Part shown: positions 27,959 through 59,352 of the stretch, in pieces
Layout of the letters: each line of letters begins with the position of its first letter
Position numbering within the stretch: position 1 is the first letter of the stretch
Source of the DNA: Felis catus
Lineage: Eukaryota
Reading direction: 5' to 3'
Assembly: GCF_018350175.1 (NCBI RefSeq)
Contig: NC_058368.1
Location: forward strand, 116,498,001-116,562,000
DNA length: 64,000 nucleotides
Translations under genes and position numbers: made by a program
Notes under the pieces: model-generated
Told to the model about the DNA's origin: nothing
What the model saw: only the letters and a program-made list of their open reading frames with translations
Database searches by the model: none

Positions 27959-28259
27959 GGGGGTGTGTGGCTGGCTCAGTCCATAGAGCATGCGACTCTT
28001 GATGTCAGGGTCATGAGTTCAAGTGCCATGTTGGGCATAGAGCTTAATTAAAAAAAAAAAGACCTGGGAGTTGACTCAGTTTAAAATTCATTTCTGGGGG
28101 TGCCTGGGTGGCTCAGTCGGTCGAGCATCTGACTTCAGCTCAGGTCATGATCTCACAGTTCGTGAGTTTGAGCACCACGACAGGATCATTGCTGTCACCA
28201 TGGAGCCTGCGCGTCCCTCATTTGCATTCTCTCAAAAATAAAAAACGTTAAAAAAAAAA
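27959..28259 (+). mobile_element. Short tRNA-derived SINE (about 27959-28060) and CAN-SINE (about 28096-28259)
   Basis: A/B-box head and A tails. Confidence 0.8.
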
Positions 28260-28557
28260 TAGTTTCTGGCTCTTTCCATGGCAGCAGAGCTCTTGCAATG
28301 AGAGTCAATGTTCCTAAAACCTGCCAGACTTTCTGCAAGAAGTATGGCAAGCACCAACCCCACAGAGTATACACAGTACAAGAAAGGCAAAGATTCTCTG
28401 TTAAGCCCAGGGAAAGCAGCGTTATGACAGGAAGCAGAGTGGTTATGGTGGGCACACTAAACTGATTTTCTAGCAAAAGCATAAGATTACAAAGACGATT
28501 GTGCCGAGGGTTGAATGTATTGAGCCCAATAGCAGATCTAAGAAAATGCTGGCTATT

Positions 28558-28718
28558 GGGGCGCCTGGGTGGCTTGGTCAGTTGGGGTTCGACTTCGGCT
28601 CAGGTCATGATCTCATGGACCGTGAGTTCGAGCCCCGCGTCGGGCTCTGTGCTGACAGCTCGGAGCCTGGAGCCTGTTTCAGATTCTGTGTCTCCCTCTC
28701 TCTCTGCCCCTCCCCTGT
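28558..28718 (+). mobile_element. CAN-SINE inserted into the RPL36A pseudogene (3' end lies in the gap)
   Basis: ggggcgcctgggtggc head directly after the ..MLAI codons. Confidence 0.9.
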
Positions 28719-28905
28719 NNNNNNNNNNNNNNNNNNNNNNNNNNNNNNNNNNNNNNNNNNNNNNNNNNNNNNNNNNNNNNNNNNNNNNNNNNNNNNNNNN
28801 NNNNNNNNNNNNNNNNNNNNNNNNNNNNNNNNNNNNNNNNNNNNNNNNNNNNNNNNNNNNNNNNNNNNNNNNNNNNNNNNNNNNNNNNNNNNNNNNNNNN
28901 NNNNN
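28719..28905. other. Assembly gap (further gaps at 47647-47790 and 63812-63959)
   Basis: Runs of N. Confidence 1.
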
Positions 28906-28967
28906 GTTATATTATGAAGACCATAACATCTTGAGGTTATGTTAAATAATAAAAATCAGTTTCTGCA

Positions 28968-29300
28968 GAGGAGCCTGGCTGGCTGACTTGGTCAGTAGAA
29001 CATGTGACTCTTGAACTAAAGGTGTGAGTTCAAGCCCCATGCTGGCTGTAGAGCTTACTTTAGAAAAAGTTTTTGGGGGTGCCTGGGTGGCTCAGTCGGT
29101 TAAGGGTGGGTCTTTGGCTCAGGTCATGATCTCCTGATCTGTGGGTCATGATCTCACGGGGTTTGTGCCCCCCATCGGGCTCTGTGCTGACAGCTGGGAG
29201 CCTGGAGCCTGCTTTGAGTTCTGTGTTGCTCTCTCTCTGCCCTTCCCCCCTGCTCACACTCTTTCTCGAAATAAACATTAAAAAAAATATAAAAAAAATT
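28968..29300 (+). mobile_element. Short SINE plus CAN-SINE composite
   Basis: Flanked by the exact 16-nt repeat aaaatcagtttctgca (28952 and 29301). Confidence 0.85.
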
Positions 29301-30275
29301 AAAATCAGTTTCTGCAAATATCACCAAGACTTGTGGACATGACCGAGGTCCTCTGGTTGTCCACATGGTGAGTGACAAGGACCCCCAACACCACATGGCA
29401 ACTTTTCCATTCACACAGGACATAGAGCTTCTCTGAGGTCCCTCACCTCACTCACCTCTTATTAAGGGCTTTGGGCATCAGCATATGTCTTAGAAGGCTT
29501 AGCATTACAGTTATGTGAGAAACTTCTCTTCAACCACAGAAGCTGTGCTCTTTATGTTCCCCACCAGAGAGTGCTCCCATCTTTATGGAGCCTTTGGTAA
29601 CCAGAATGTTCAAAACGTCAACTGTTGTGCCCATTTTCCTCTTCAGCAACTCCTTGGCAGCTCTGAGCACTGTTGGTCTGGCCCACTGAGAGTATGCAGC
29701 CAAACTGTAGGAACCGGCAGGACGCTGTTCCTTTGGCCCGGAAGATGTGGAGCACGGAACGCAGCAGCTTAAGCGTGCGCTTGAGGTGCTTGCTGTCCAA
29801 GACCCCGCGTATCAAATTCTCGCGGTGTGGGGCTTTTGCTGCTGCCGGACTAACCTGGAGGCCGTCCATGGGCTTCACGAAGCCACGAACTGCTGGCGTC
29901 CCCTTCTGCTATCTCGAGGGCGGCAAATCATCCTTTATAGTTGCGGGAGGGAGTACCCTACCTGTCAGCATCGATCAGGATGAGGGGAAAGGACTTAAAG
30001 GCAGTTCCCAACTTTAGGTGATTTGACCAAGGAGAGCAATGACGGTTGTGCCGTCTACCTGGCCAACGGCAACACGGAGAACTACAACTTGAGGACCAGG
30101 TCCCTGGGATGCACTACACCTACGATACCTGCAGCCTGCCGGGACTTTACGCGTCTTAGCGCCACTTCCGGCCCCGCCCCAAAGGCGGAAGCGGAATCTG
30201 GGCCACTCCTCCAGGCGTGTAAAAGCGTTTTGGGCTTACCGGTGCACTCTTGAGCGGTTCGGATTCCTCTGGTGC

Positions 30276-33200
30276 ATGGACCGCACGTGTGAGGAGAGGC
30301 CTGTGGAGGATGAGAACGACGAGGACGACCCCAACTCCACGGAAGCCCCAATCCGCATCCGGGACACTCCGGAAGACATCGTGCTGGAAGCTCCAGCCAG
30401 TGGGCTGGCGTTCCATCCGACCCGCAACTTTCTGGCGGCGGGGGACGTGGACGGGGACGTGTACGTGTAAGTGCTGGGCAGGGCTGGGGGCTGCCGGATC
30501 TGGAAACTTCCCAGGGATAGAGGGGGGACGAGGAGAGAAAAGTTGCAGGGAGACAAGTTTTAGAAGACTGAAGTGGTCTTATTCGTTCAACAGCATTTGG
30601 TTTTAAACCAGTTAGTACCTGACCCTGAAACAGGCTCAATGCGGTCCCCCCACTTTGCTTCTTGCCTGTTTTAATCTTTCAAAAACACAAAACCCACCAC
30701 CTCTCTTTCTTGATTAAAACCCTTCAATAGTTTACCTTGTTTTTAGGATTAGGTCCAAACTCCTTAATCTGGCTTTTAAAGTCGTGACCACCTGGCCCTC
30801 GCTTACTTCCCCCTTTACTGTTTTATTCATCCTCTTATCTTTTAAATGTATCTGTTTATTAATCGTTATTGCAGGCACACACATAAAATGCTGGTTGCAG
30901 CTCATTACTGGGTCATGAGTGGAGTTTAAGGAACACTTTTCTGTATTCTGTAGTCCGTTTTGTTCTCCGTTATATCTCCTGCTTCTAGACAAGGGTAGGT
31001 GCTCAATACGTGTTTGATTTTGAACGAGAAGTAGGGTGGAAGCAGTGAAAAGCCACTGAAGGTTTTAGCCAGAAGAGTTGTGCTGTCAGATTTACTTAAT
31101 GAATTTAAACCTCAGCCTCCTCATTAGCTTCAGTCACCTTGGGCAAGTTAACTTCCATATTTTCGTCTTCAAAAATAGGAATAATAATAGAGGCTTACCT
31201 CTGAGATATTGCATGTTTGGCTCCAGACCATTGCAATAAAGTGAGTCATAGGAATTTTTGGGTTTCCCAGTGCGTGTAAGTTAAGTTTACACGATAGTGT
31301 AGTCTATTAAATGTGCATTAGCATTATGTCTAAAAAACAATATACATACCTTAATTAAAAAATATTTGATTGCTAAAAAATACTAACTATAATCTGAGTC
31401 ATAATCACGATCACAGATCATTATAACAAATATCATGAAAAACTTTGGAATTTTGCAAGAATTACCAAAATGTGACACAGAGACACACAGTAAGCAAATG
31501 CTATTGAAAAATGGCATGGATAGACATACATACCATAGAGTCGCTGCAGACCTTCAGTTTGTAAAAAATGCAGTATCTGTGAGGCACAATGAAAGGAGGT
31601 ATGTCTGTACCTATGTTGCAGAGTGTCAGGTGTATATACTACAGCACCGGAGTTCAACAAATGTGGGTTCTGTTCTACTGCCTTTCATACTTCATGCCAT
31701 ACGCTTGGGAGTACCTCTGGACTTCCACCTTTACTCACACCCTCATTGCGTCAGGTTTTTCTCCTCTTCTCTGCTCCCAGCCACTGCCTTTTGGCAGGTT
31801 TCTGACTTCTCCCATGACCATTCCAAAGAGGTTCCTTTTCCCATAGGACTAAATTAATAATCCTGCTTGGCCTATGGTCTCAAGTCTAGTCTTAACTCAT
31901 TTTTCCGGATTCAGCCATTCCACTCCTGCCAGTGGAACCCACCTCATTCCTTGTGTCTACCCTAGAAGAGACCTTGATATGTGCCTCCAGTATCTGCAAG
32001 GTGAATTGCTTTATACGACCCAACTCATTTCGTAACCTTAGCTTTCCAGGGCTCTCATCTTTAAGGCACTGGGACAGAGCAAACAATAAGCAGATATAGT
32101 TCTGCTCATCTGAAACTCACTGGCAAGCACTTAGTCATTGGTCCTTTTTGAAGATCTGCTCTGAGGTAGGCACTGGTAATACATTGTGGACAAGTATTTG
32201 CCTCAAAGCTGAGCTTTCAGTCTTGTGTTTCTCTGCTCCACCTCCATTTTGATCCTACCTCCTTTTCATCATGTGGACATGTGGCCACAGTGTCCTGTAA
32301 TCAGTTGTTACCTGGGGTACAAGACCCCTGTCTTGTTGATTTTTACATTTCCAGCTCCTGGGGCTCTTGTGACTTCAGTAAATATCTCATGCTCTCCATA
32401 GTGGTCCAGATCTAGTATTTCCTGAAGCTGGGGCTTTGCTTTGTAATGATGTTGTGGGGTCAGCTTACAAAATCCTGAGCAAATACACTTTGAATTAACG
32501 TATATTGAATTAAAGACAGAACATTTGAAGCTCACTGAAAGTGGAAAAATGGGATGGTGAGCTCTTTGGGTTTGGTGGTGTGCAAGTGTGAGTTCCTAGG
32601 TATGTTGGAAGGCTGAGTAGTCTTTATGTTCCATGCTGCCAAGATCTGGGGTCATTCAATCTCCTCTCCCCTCCCCGCCCCCAGCTTTTCCTACTCCTGC
32701 CAAGAGGGAGAAACCAAGGAGCTCTGGTCTTCAGGTCACCACCTCAAATCCTGTCGAGCCGTGGTCTTCTCTGAAGATGGGCAGAGTGAGTATTGGGGAA
32801 GGCAGCCAGGGATACGGTGGCAAGGGATCAGTGAGCAGCACCATGACCTGGGCACCTTTTCCCCCAGAACTTGTTACTGTCTCCAAGGACAAAGCCATCC
32901 ACGTTCTAGATGTGGAGCAGGGCCGACTGGAAAGACGCATATCCAAGGCTCATGGGTAAGGGGAGCTAATTGTGTGTTGAGGTCAAGGGTAAGGTGGTTA
33001 AGTCCCTACTGGAACAAAAATGGCTCAAGAAGCTCTGTACCTCTAGTGCCCCCATCAACAGTCTTCTGCTGGTAGATGAGCATGTCCTGGCCACTGGGGA
33101 TGACACAGGTGGCATCCGGCTCTGGGACCAGCGGAAGGAGGGCCCCTTAATGGATATGCGGCAGCACGAGGAGTATATTGCCGACATGACTCTGGACCCA

Positions 33201-34074
33201 GCTAAGAAGCTGCTGCTGACAGCCAGGTACAGCCTCAGAGCTGCTTCCCCTTCCCTGTTAAATGTCTCCCTCGCTGGGAGCTTTGGCCAAGCCTTCTGCT
33301 CTGCTCTCTCTACAGTGGGGATGGCTGCCTTGGTGTCTTCAACATCAGGCGACGCCGGTTTGAACTGCTCTCAGAGCCTCAGTCTGGAGACCTGACCTCG
33401 GTCACCCTCATGAAAGTACAGATGGGTATGAGGGTTTGGGATTATGCTAGCAATCTGGTCTGAAGGAGTGCCACAGACATGTTTTTCTCCATTTCCCTAC
33501 AGTATGGAAAGAAGGTGGCCTGTGGCTCCAGTGAAGGTACTATATATCTCTTCAATTGGAATGGCTTTGGGGCCACAAGTGATCGGTTTGCCCTAAGAGC
33601 TGAGTCTATTGACTGCATGGTTCCAGTCACAGAGAGCCTGCTGTGCACTGGCTCCACTGATGGAATCATCAGGTGAGAGAAACTGGAGAGTCCTAAGATC
33701 ACATGAGGGTCAGACCCAACCAGCCAGGACCCAACATTCTTTTCTCTCTGCCCAGGGCTGTCAATATCCTTCCAAACCGAGTGGTGGGCACTGTGGGCCA
33801 GCATGCTGGAGAGCCTGTGGAGAAGCTGGCCCTTTCTCACTGTGGCTGCTTCCTGGCCAGCAGTGGCCATGACCAGCGCCTTAAGTTTTGGAACATGGCC
33901 GAGCTGCGGACTGTGGTAGTGGATGACTACCGCCAGCGGAAGAAAAAGGGAGGGCCCCTCCGGGCCCTAAGCAGTAAGGCTTGGAGCACAGATGACTTCT
34001 TTGCAGGACTGAGGGAGGAAGAAGACTCCACAGCTCAGAAGGAAGGGGAGGAGAGTGAGGATGAAAGTGATTGA
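30276..34074 (+). CDS. WDR55: WD repeat-containing protein 55 (nucleolar), 382 aa
   Basis: Exons 30276-30466, 32685-32785, 32868-32955, 33047-33226, 33316-33415, 33503-33672, 33756-34074 (1149 nt); [13 protein letters not shown]..., WD40 motifs and acidic C-terminus. Confidence 0.96.
31190..31607 (-). mobile_element. Internally deleted Tigger1-type DNA transposon inserted in a MIR
   Basis: Inverted termini gaggcttacctc / gaggtatgtctg with TA on both sides; Tigger1-like subterminal sequence. Confidence 0.8.
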
Positions 34075-34780
34075 GGGGATGAGGTCAATCTCAAGATGGG
34101 TCCTCCCTGGGGAAGTCTTGCTTCCTGGGCTGGATACCAGAGAGGCTATTTATTTATAATACTCTTGTGCAGCACACAAGATGCATAGCTAGAGATGCAG
34201 AACCGAGGGCGCTCGTGACAAAGCACTTGCCCTGTAGCGGCTACTCACTCTACCAGTGTAAGAGAAACCCGCAGCTGGGGCAAGACAGCACGGACACAGG
34301 TGTACACCAACCAGGGGTTTAATATAAATACAACCAGCATAGAAAAACCCAACATCACACACCAGAATGTAAAGTACTGGGGACAGAAAGCAGATTTCTG
34401 AACCTTTGGCTCAGCCAGCCCCCAAATAAAATCAACAAAAATGACAAATCAACAAAATAAGAAGTGAGATTCATATTAAGCTATGGGAGGAGGAGGAAGG
34501 TTTGTGTATGTATCACACAGAACGGCCAAGGAATACCAAAGGGCTAAGGTTAGTCCCTGGGCTGGGAGGGGCATGGCAAGGTCCCTCACCACAACTTAGC
34601 CAAACCAGAGCTGTCCCAGGTGTACTGGGGCCCTGCCCCAAAGGGGAGGCTGTGTCAGAGGTAGGGCAGAGCCCATGTTCCTCCCCCTTTGAAATCCGAT
34701 GGTGGCTGCCCAGGCCTGCTGGGCTAGGGACTGACACAGGCTCTGTCAACTCGTTTGGGCTGCCTGTGAAGAGGACATGG

Positions 34781-37033
34781 TCACTGCTTAACCACGGTAC
34801 CTGCCTCAGCCCCACCAGTCGGTAGAAGACTGGCTCTAGAGGCACTCAGTGCCTCTAGCAACCTTGCAGACACAGCATCCTTAGCCATCTCATGCCCATT
34901 CTGCACATCTGGGGCCAGCACAACCCAGATGAGGCCACTGAAGGGCACTGGATGCCCAGGGATCACCACCTGGTACCAGAAGCGGTGCCAGCCAGCAGGG
35001 CCCATGCCCAAACACTTGGTGAGGAACACAGGGCTGCCCAGCTTCATCCGCTGGCACAACAGCTGCAGGGCACCCCGAGCCCCTTGGGACTGTAGCTTGT
35101 CCCTGGCCAGGGCCAACCGACTGCCCTCTGGCTGTAGGCACTGCAGGGAGGGGCCCACCAGCTGCTGGCGAAGTCGCTGCTTCAGATCTGGCTTGAGCCA
35201 CTCGACGGCCACCTGCTCTCCACAGAGGCGTGACTGCCCTGCAGAAAAAAGGCAGAGACAAGGGCAGGTCGAACCCCTGGATCCTAAGCCCCCAAGCCCT
35301 ATCAACACAAGCCTGTTTAATTTCTAGCCTCCCCATTTCCTGGTAGTGTAACCTTGAGCAACTTCTCCAGGCTTCATTGTGTTTCTTTGTAAAGGGGGTG
35401 TAGTAACTGCTATCTCCTAAATTTCCTTGTTGGAATGCTGGTTGATGCGGGCTTTGTCTACCTTATAACCATCATAATAGCTAACCTTTACTGCGAATAC
35501 CTGCCAAGAATCAGGGAATGTGCTAAGTGCCACCTAATTCTCAAAACAGCCCGAGGAAGGAAGTTCTACAGTAGATAAAAGGTAGACTCGGTAGGACTAC
35601 CTTGGGCGAATCAATCTCAAAACTGTCTCTTTTCATATCTAAAGAGGAAGATCAGTCTGTGTGTGTCACTGGGATGCTGATTAAGTTACAAGATAATGCC
35701 TGGAAAGCTTTAAAGTTACCATAGATGGTAGCTGGTAGGTAGCACAAACGGAAATTTAAAAATCTCAGGTTAAATAGCATGAGGTCGAAAACTCAGGGAT
35801 TCTTAACGCTACTATCTTGCTCTTTACCCTATATGCTGACGTGTAAAAGTGCACGGCATAATGTGTTTGGCCCCAACCAGCGGCCCCCCCACCGCCTAGC
35901 TCCCATACCTTCCACTAGGGCTTTTTTGGCCATGGCGGCGGCGCGGTGCGAGTTGAACTTCAGCAGCGCAATTTGCGCGGGCGCGGGCCCAGGGCTGGGC
36001 ATCAGCAGCGCCTCCTGCAGGCCGGGACCCAGGGGCTGCAGCGCGAGCAGCAACGCGCGGCGACTCAGCCCCGGAGGCAGCCCGTCCACACTCAGCTCGC
36101 ACTTCTCAGTACTGCGGCACACGAGCAGCGGGCAGGAGGGCCGCAGTGGGTGGTTGTGCAGCGTGGCGATGGCGGCCTGGGCGCCGCGCCGCGAACTGTA
36201 GCGGGCGTAGGCGAAGCCACGGTTTAGGCCGCTGAAGGTCATCATCAGGCGGAACTCGTAGAGCCGGCCCACGCGCTGGAACAGTGGGATCAGCTGGTGC
36301 TCGTACACGTCTTGGGGCAGCCGCCCGATAAACACCTCTGAGCCGGCCGGCGGCGGGCTGCCCACCCAGCCTGGGGGATGTGGGTGGGAAAGGGGCACCG
36401 TCAACCTACCGCATGGTTCCAGGTTCGAACCCAGCGCGAGAGAGCCCATGTGCAAACATCTGTGAAATGGGCGCAACACTCGCACCCCGACTCGTAGGCA
36501 TAACTAGGCGCCCGAACTAACAACGGGGCTAGCACAGAGTAGGTGCACCTTAAGACCGGCACCCTCCCTCGAGGGGGAGGACGGGCGGGGTGGGTGGAGA
36601 GCTACGGACAAGTTTTCTCAGCTTCTTGGGTGGAAGGGGTGCAACGGGTTAGAGGTTTCTGACTGCACAGCCCCGGGATAGAACACCCCCCCCCCACCCG
36701 CCCCCAAGAGGGTGCCAGCCGGGACCGTCAAGGATTTTGTAGGGTGGGACTACCGTACCTGGGGGTGGCCCGCCATACTTCCTCTGCCCGTTCACCTGCA
36801 CCAGGCGGATGCCCGTCTCCCTGACCCATGCCTCCAAAGCTGCCTTGTTTTCCGGATTCACCCTCTCACACCACAGCTGAAGGGGAAAGGGCTGGTTGGA
36901 ATGGCGGATCACCGCGCCGCCGCCACCTCGCCTATGGAGCTGCAGCCCAAGGAGTCCCCACTCCCAGCGCTGGTGGCGCTTGTCGACCCCATCTCGCTAA
37001 CCACCTTACCTCACATTCCCGCTTGGACTGCAT
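34781..37033 (-). CDS. DND1: Dead end protein homolog 1 (germline RRM RNA-binding protein), 353 aa
   Basis: Exons 37033-37010, 36876-36759, 36370-35909, 35238-34781 (1062 nt); [25 protein letters not shown]..., RRM1 [13 protein letters not shown] / [16 protein letters not shown] motif. Confidence 0.97.
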
Positions 37034-37440
37034 GGCTATCCCGCCAGCTACTCTGTACTCGCTTTATAACCTCCTCCCCCCCGTCTGCCTCTGGAAGCTT
37101 CCCTACCCCTCCACCCCCCAAGCTCTCATTGGCTCTGAACACGACCCCGCCTCCCAAGGGGGTGGGGGTATCCACTGCACGTGCGCTGCGGAAACCTCCT
37201 ACCCGCAGGTGAAAGCTAGGAACCTTAGCGGGTGGATGTGCTCGCAGTCTCACCTCCTAGGGCATGGATGTGCGCTGGCTGGCGGCACCCTTCACCCTGG
37301 GGAAGAGCTCGTGGCGCCTAATGTAAGTTCTTCTCCCCATTTTACACCGCTTAAGTGGTTGAAATGGGAGGCCCAGGCTCCCACAGGGAAAGACAGGGCT
37401 AAGCAATAGTGACACAGGCAGGCTCCAGTGGTTGAGTTAT

Positions 37441-37446
37441 TTTATT
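37441..37446 (-). terminator. HARS1 poly(A) signal AATAAA
   Basis: tttatt about 315 nt past the HARS1 stop. Confidence 0.7.
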
Positions 37447-37759
37447 GGACCTTTGACGGTTGGCTGTGGAGAGCATTCCCTCCATTTGGTTAGCATCCTG
37501 CAGGGGAGACCTTAGGATGGGTCCCTGTAGTGCAGACTGGACTAAACCCCCAGGACCTCCTATGAAAAATGGTGTAATACCTGACCATTTTGGCCTGTGA
37601 TTATCAATAAAATAATGATAATAAAAAGTCTGTGTTCTGACCATTGTTCAGGTCTTCCTGCTGGAACAGAAATGTGCAAAGCTGCTGATGTACATAGGCA
37701 GAGTTCTGTCTTAGCTTCAAATAGTGCCAGTCCCACTTTCTCCTGATAGTGTGCTCAAC

Positions 37760-51051
<13,292 letters not shown>

Positions 51052-51380
51052 ACTTACGCCAACTAGCGCTGACTGCTGTCTAGATCGTCTGGGCTTTCCG
51101 CAGCCTCAACTCGGATAACTTCCGGCTATCGAGTCACTGGCCCACACGCCTAGAGAGCCTCCGCCGAGCACAAAATCACTTCCGGCTACTACCGGAAGTA
51201 CGGAAACTGGGCGTGCGCCTGGGAGGTCCGGGGCCAGCCAGTAGGGTTTGGAAGGTGCGGAAGTATTTTTTCCAGGGTGCTAGGGCTACCTTCTGCAGCG
51301 CTCTGCACCCTTACTGGGTCCGACCTGCTTCGTTCCCAGGTTTTGGCGCCTGTCTCGGAAAAGGGCTTTCTTGCTACACG
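51052..51380. promoter_or_regulatory. HARS1/HARS2 bidirectional promoter
   Basis: Divergent ATGs about 330 nt apart; ETS/GABP sites acttccggcta (51118, 51178), accggaagt (51191), gcggaagt (51257). Confidence 0.85.
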
Positions 51381-57765
<6,385 letters not shown>

Positions 57766-58481
57766 CTCTTGCCTGATTGCCATCTGCTGCTCTTTCTAGA
57801 AAATGTTTCTTCTAGAACTGAGTTGCTGATGGACTTCACAACTGCTGGCCAGGATGGGTGACAAGTTCCTCTGCCTCCTCCATCCTTTCTGGGTACAGAA
57901 CTGTGGAAGGCCCTGAGGACTCCTGGGCTAGTGCAAGCAGCTATTCTGCATGGGTGCAGATGGCTGGTATGTGAAAGAGACATACTCTAACTGCAGAGGC
58001 AGAATTGAAGTGCCATTGAATGCTGCCAGTAGGTACTGAGATGGTTGCTTTTAGCAAAGCTCTAGGACAGTTGCCTAAGGCTGAGACCATTGAGACCAAA
58101 AGTCAGAATCTTAGCCTTCTACTGTGGCTTCTGAACCAGATTCTGGGGAATTTGTCCACAATCTGCCCTTGGCCTGTCCAGGGAGTTTTGGAAGACAGCA
58201 AAGAAGGGGGAACAGCTACTTTCTCTTTTGTTTGAGGACAGAGATGCTATCCTGAGGGCAAAGTAGTGCTCATATTGATATGGCATGTCTCTAGCCCATC
58301 CACATAGAGTGAGGCTGTCTGTTTAGTAATTTTGAATGTTGAATTTAATAGGTGACTTGATGCAATGGTCTAATCTTTTGAGATTTTGGAGACCATTTCC
58401 TGTGCCAGAATTACTACTCTGACTTTATTCAATATTCTCCTATGGAGGTGACCTTTCTAGAAGTGATTGGATAATGTATTA

Positions 58482-58487
58482 AATAAA
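58482..58487 (+). terminator. HARS2 poly(A) signal AATAAA
   Basis: First canonical hexamer I found after the stop, followed by GT-rich sequence. Confidence 0.65.
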
Positions 58488-59129
58488 AATATTAAATGAA
58501 GTAGCTTGGGTGATTTGTCATCAAGAGATTGGTTTGCATAGACCATAGAAAATGCTTGAGTGTACACTAGAGAATTCTGAGAGCTAGGAGCAACCTCCCT
58601 GGGGTGATGCTTCTGTATTCAGTGAATGGAGCAGTCACGGTTCCCGACTGCTGCCCATTAACCCCTCAACCCCCAACTCAACACATAGTGAGTCATCTGT
58701 CAGAGTTCTTCACCCTACAGAGTTGCTGATGACTGGCCTTTCCAAGTCCAATCATGTTAATTAAATTGTGCCCTATAGATTGAAAGACTGTAAGATTCCT
58801 CAGTTTAAGGAAAAATGAGTTAACCAAAGGGTGTTAGCGTTGCTTCAAAACAAGGAGAGAGTGTGCAAAAAGAATTTTGTATTTGTGCGTTGGGAAGGCT
58901 GCAATCTTTAAAAACACTGTATGTGGTGCATACAGGTAAATGGGACACCTAGAACTCCTGATAACCGATTCAGCCTTAACGAAAACTTAGAAACTCTTGG
59001 CAAACGCACGCAAAATTGCTTAGATCAGAGGGCGCTGATCTGGACCGTTGCCTCGTTTGTAAAATAGACGAGTCGAACTAAATCAGCCCTTCAACGCACG
59101 TTTTGAAAGCCTGGGGAAAGAAACGTTTG

Positions 59130-59352
59130 TAGGCACCCTTACTTCCGTGTTGCTTCAAACCCCCCCCTTGCGCATGCGTCATTTTCTTGGGTCAGAGGAG
59201 GGGCCAACAAGCTTGTTTAAGAAGCCCTCCAGTCCTTAGCTCGTTTAGAACACGAGACTCTAAGCTTATTGGAGGGCAAGCCTGCTTTACGGCTCAAGGC
59301 CGCTTTTTACGTCATTTTCCGGCTACCCATTCACTTCGCAGTGAAGATGGCG
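59130..59352 (+). promoter_or_regulatory. ZMAT2 promoter
   Basis: NRF1-like tgcgcatgcg (59169), ETS acttccg (59141), YY1 aagatggcg over the ATG. Confidence 0.65.

Larger units (their letters stand above)
28270..28951 (+). pseudogene. RPL36A (eL42) processed pseudogene, interrupted by a SINE and an assembly gap
   Basis: 5' TOP ctctttcc; intronless degenerate VNVPKTCQTFCKKYGKHQPH..YKKGKDS..YDRKQSGYGG..RVECIEPNSRSKKMLAI with frameshifts and a stop; 3'UTR-like attatgaagaccataacatcttgaggttatgtt after the gap. Confidence 0.92.

Noticed and set aside
27959-28060. tRNA-like sequences with A/B boxes (also about 14785, 24515, 28968, 57425)
   Set aside because: Degenerate tRNA-derived SINEs with A tails; no intact cloverleaf.
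29515-30253. Overlapping short ORFs upstream of WDR55
   Set aside because: CpG-island flank with no recognisable protein or splice structure.
51213-51380. GTG-started in-frame extension of HARS2
   Set aside because: It would mask the mitochondrial presequence and is explained by stop-poor promoter sequence.
59221-59280. Possible vault RNA near ZMAT2 (ctccagtcctt resembles a vtRNA 3' end)
   Set aside because: No A/B boxes in the right order and no T-run terminator; in other mammals vault RNAs lie downstream of ZMAT2, probably beyond this window.
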